A stretch of 63,887 bases of DNA, counting the filler, from Octopus bimaculoides (lineage: Eukaryota), in NCBI RefSeq assembly GCF_001194135.2. It is 6 parts of 6 records of this genome, joined end to end, with 100 filler letters (N's around TTAATTAATTAA, not from the genome) between each part and the next. Parts side by side here need not be neighbours in the genome. Positions count along the whole stretch, not along the records: positions 62,067 to 63,887 come from NC_068996.1; 5 more parts are not named here. One strand, 5' to 3'. A program made the translations under genes and the position numbers. How positions within the stretch are numbered: position 1 is the first letter of the stretch; the number at the start of each line of letters is the position of its first letter. This document shows, piece after piece, positions 62,260 to 63,887 of this stretch. The notes below the pieces were generated by a model. It saw only the letters and a program-made list of their open reading frames with translations, did no database searches and was not told the DNA's origin.

Positions 62260-63224
62260 ATGTTAGACATATGGAGTTCAAAAAGGTGCCCAAGGTTGTT
62301 GTGGGAAAGATCAAGGAGGTGTTTAAAGATCTTCCCAGTGACATAGGGAAGGGAGACACGTGTCAGGTTATTGAGCTGGCTTGGGGCCGTAGTGGAAGCT
62401 AGGTGTAGTAACTTTGAGGAAACTGTTATCTCCCAGTCATAATCCTAACCGATGTTTTTTGATTTCTTAAAATACTTTTACCTTTAGATGGAATATTGTG
62501 TTTTCTTTTCCTTTTATGCAAACTGTCAAATTTAGGCTGAATACCCTGTAGTAGATTAGCCCCGCCCTCAGTTTCATCCTGACCGAGTAGATCAATGACC
62601 TAAGGTTATGTGTATGTGTATGAATAGTAATAATATTACTCTTTTACTTGTTTCAGTCTTTTAACTGTGGCCATGCTGGAGCACCGCCTTTAGTCGAGGA
62701 TTGTTTATCAATTTTGACCAATGAGAAGTTTGACTGGGGTGTGAGGGGCATTTCCGAGTCAGGATACGTGGTATAGTTCTTTGGTTTGACCTTAGTCACA
62801 GCAGGCCTCCACGCAGTTTGAAACTACCAAATTCATTGCCAAAGCATTCACTGATTCGTTGGCCCAGGGCTATAATAGAAAACACTTACTCAAGGTGCTG
62901 TGCAGTGGGACTGAACCTGAAGTCACATGGTTCTACTACCAACTTCTTAACCAAACAAAATGATCATTTCTTCCAAAATCAATGAGAGAAAGAATACTTA
63001 AAGACTAACTACTACATTGAGACCTGGAGCGTCTCTATTCTGATTATAAATTTACATTGATATCAATAATTATTGATGCACTTGGGTACATTAGTGACTA
63101 TCTCAAAAAGCCAGGATTTTGGGGTAAAGAATGAGAACATACAATTTGCAGATATAGTATGTAAGAGGAAGAGTAAAACTATGCAAAACTTTTCTAAAAT
63201 TCAACATGTAACATTTATCATTGC

Positions 63225-63727
63225 CGAAAAATATATATTAGTCATAGAAGCAGTATTAATACTGAGAGGTAATATTTATTTATTCCCAGATAAATGTGGT
63301 TGTCCTGTTAGAACAAACTATACATTAGAAGTTACCATGTGAAAAACTCTAATACAAGCTTTTGGTGCAGAATGCATGCTTATTTGTTCATATCACCAGC
63401 AGGGATATAACCCCCAACCAACTCCAGCACCGAGACCACCAGATCACGTGATTTCAGTCTTTCTTGATCTCATCAGTGATGGACACTTAAACACTAGAAT
63501 TAGCAACAATTTATCTCCCCACCAGTGGTATATACAGAAAATCTGTGCCTGAAGAGGTGCTGGTGTTGCAATTAGCCAGTGAGTGTGTTAAAGAATATAT
63601 ATTAGCAACAGAGGAGGTATTAATACTGAAAGGTAATATTTATTCCTACTTAAATGCAGGTGTTCTTCACTGTGGTAGATACCACGAGAGAAAAAAACTC
63701 TCATACTGGCTTTTGGTGCAGAATGCA
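63225..63727. repeat. Diverged direct duplication, ~364-bp period (63225-63378 / 63590-63727)
   Basis: GTATTAATACTGA(G/A)AGGTAATATTTATT at ~63253 and ~63617; GCTTTTGGTGCAGAATGCA in both units. Confidence 0.8.
63436..63482 (-). ncRNA. Type I hammerhead ribozyme motif, slightly decayed
   Basis: Minus strand reads CCATCA-CTGATGA-GATC-AAGAAA-GACT-GAA-ATCACGTGAT-C-TGGTGG: 6-bp stem I, both core boxes, palindromic stem III and an AUC cleavage triplet. Stem II has one G.U pair and one A-C mismatch. Confidence 0.6.
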
Positions 63728-63824
63728 CTGCTGCTATCCAAATTCCCGTGATGAAGCTTTTGTTTCTTTTGTTAGAAACCAGATCGCTTCTTCAAGGAAA
63801 AATTCTAATAATTAGAAAAAGAAA

Positions 63825-63887
<63 letters not shown>

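Noticed and set aside
62270-62403. Protein-looking short frame EFKKVPKVVVGKIKEVFKDLPSDIG...
   Set aside because: Only ~43 codons, with no splice sites or recognisable family; probably a TE fragment.

Overview
Repeat-rich, AT-rich, gapped animal genomic DNA, most likely an octopod cephalopod (inferred from recognisable Octopus-type SINE, RTE-tail and MITE families). The one host gene I can support is the 5' half of USP48 (ubiquitin carboxyl-terminal hydrolase 48) on the minus strand. It has 12 coding exons between 51717 and 36246, all GT-AG and phase-compatible. The exon(s) carrying the catalytic Cys box and one finger-region exon are not in the sequenced DNA and most likely lie in N gaps. The 3' half of the gene is missing beyond an artificial 100-bp linker gap at 36086-36185. 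The rest is transposon debris and simple repeats: RTE-clade LINEs (one near full length), R4/Dong-like restriction-endonuclease retrotransposons beside trinucleotide microsatellites, three Penelope-like remnants (two Naiad-like), a Tc1 transposase relic, mariner-, piggyBac-, hAT- and MULE-like MITEs, several SINE families and many microsatellites. The most interesting non-obvious signals are a nearly intact type I hammerhead ribozyme motif at 63436-63482 (minus) inside a ~364-bp-period diverged duplication, two more decayed hammerhead motifs, two long fold-back inverted repeats, and a perfect 42-bp palindrome capping a Penelope RT relic. I found no tRNA, rRNA or CRISPR features and cannot support a claim of a wholly new system. 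Family assignments come from manual motif recognition, not database searches.
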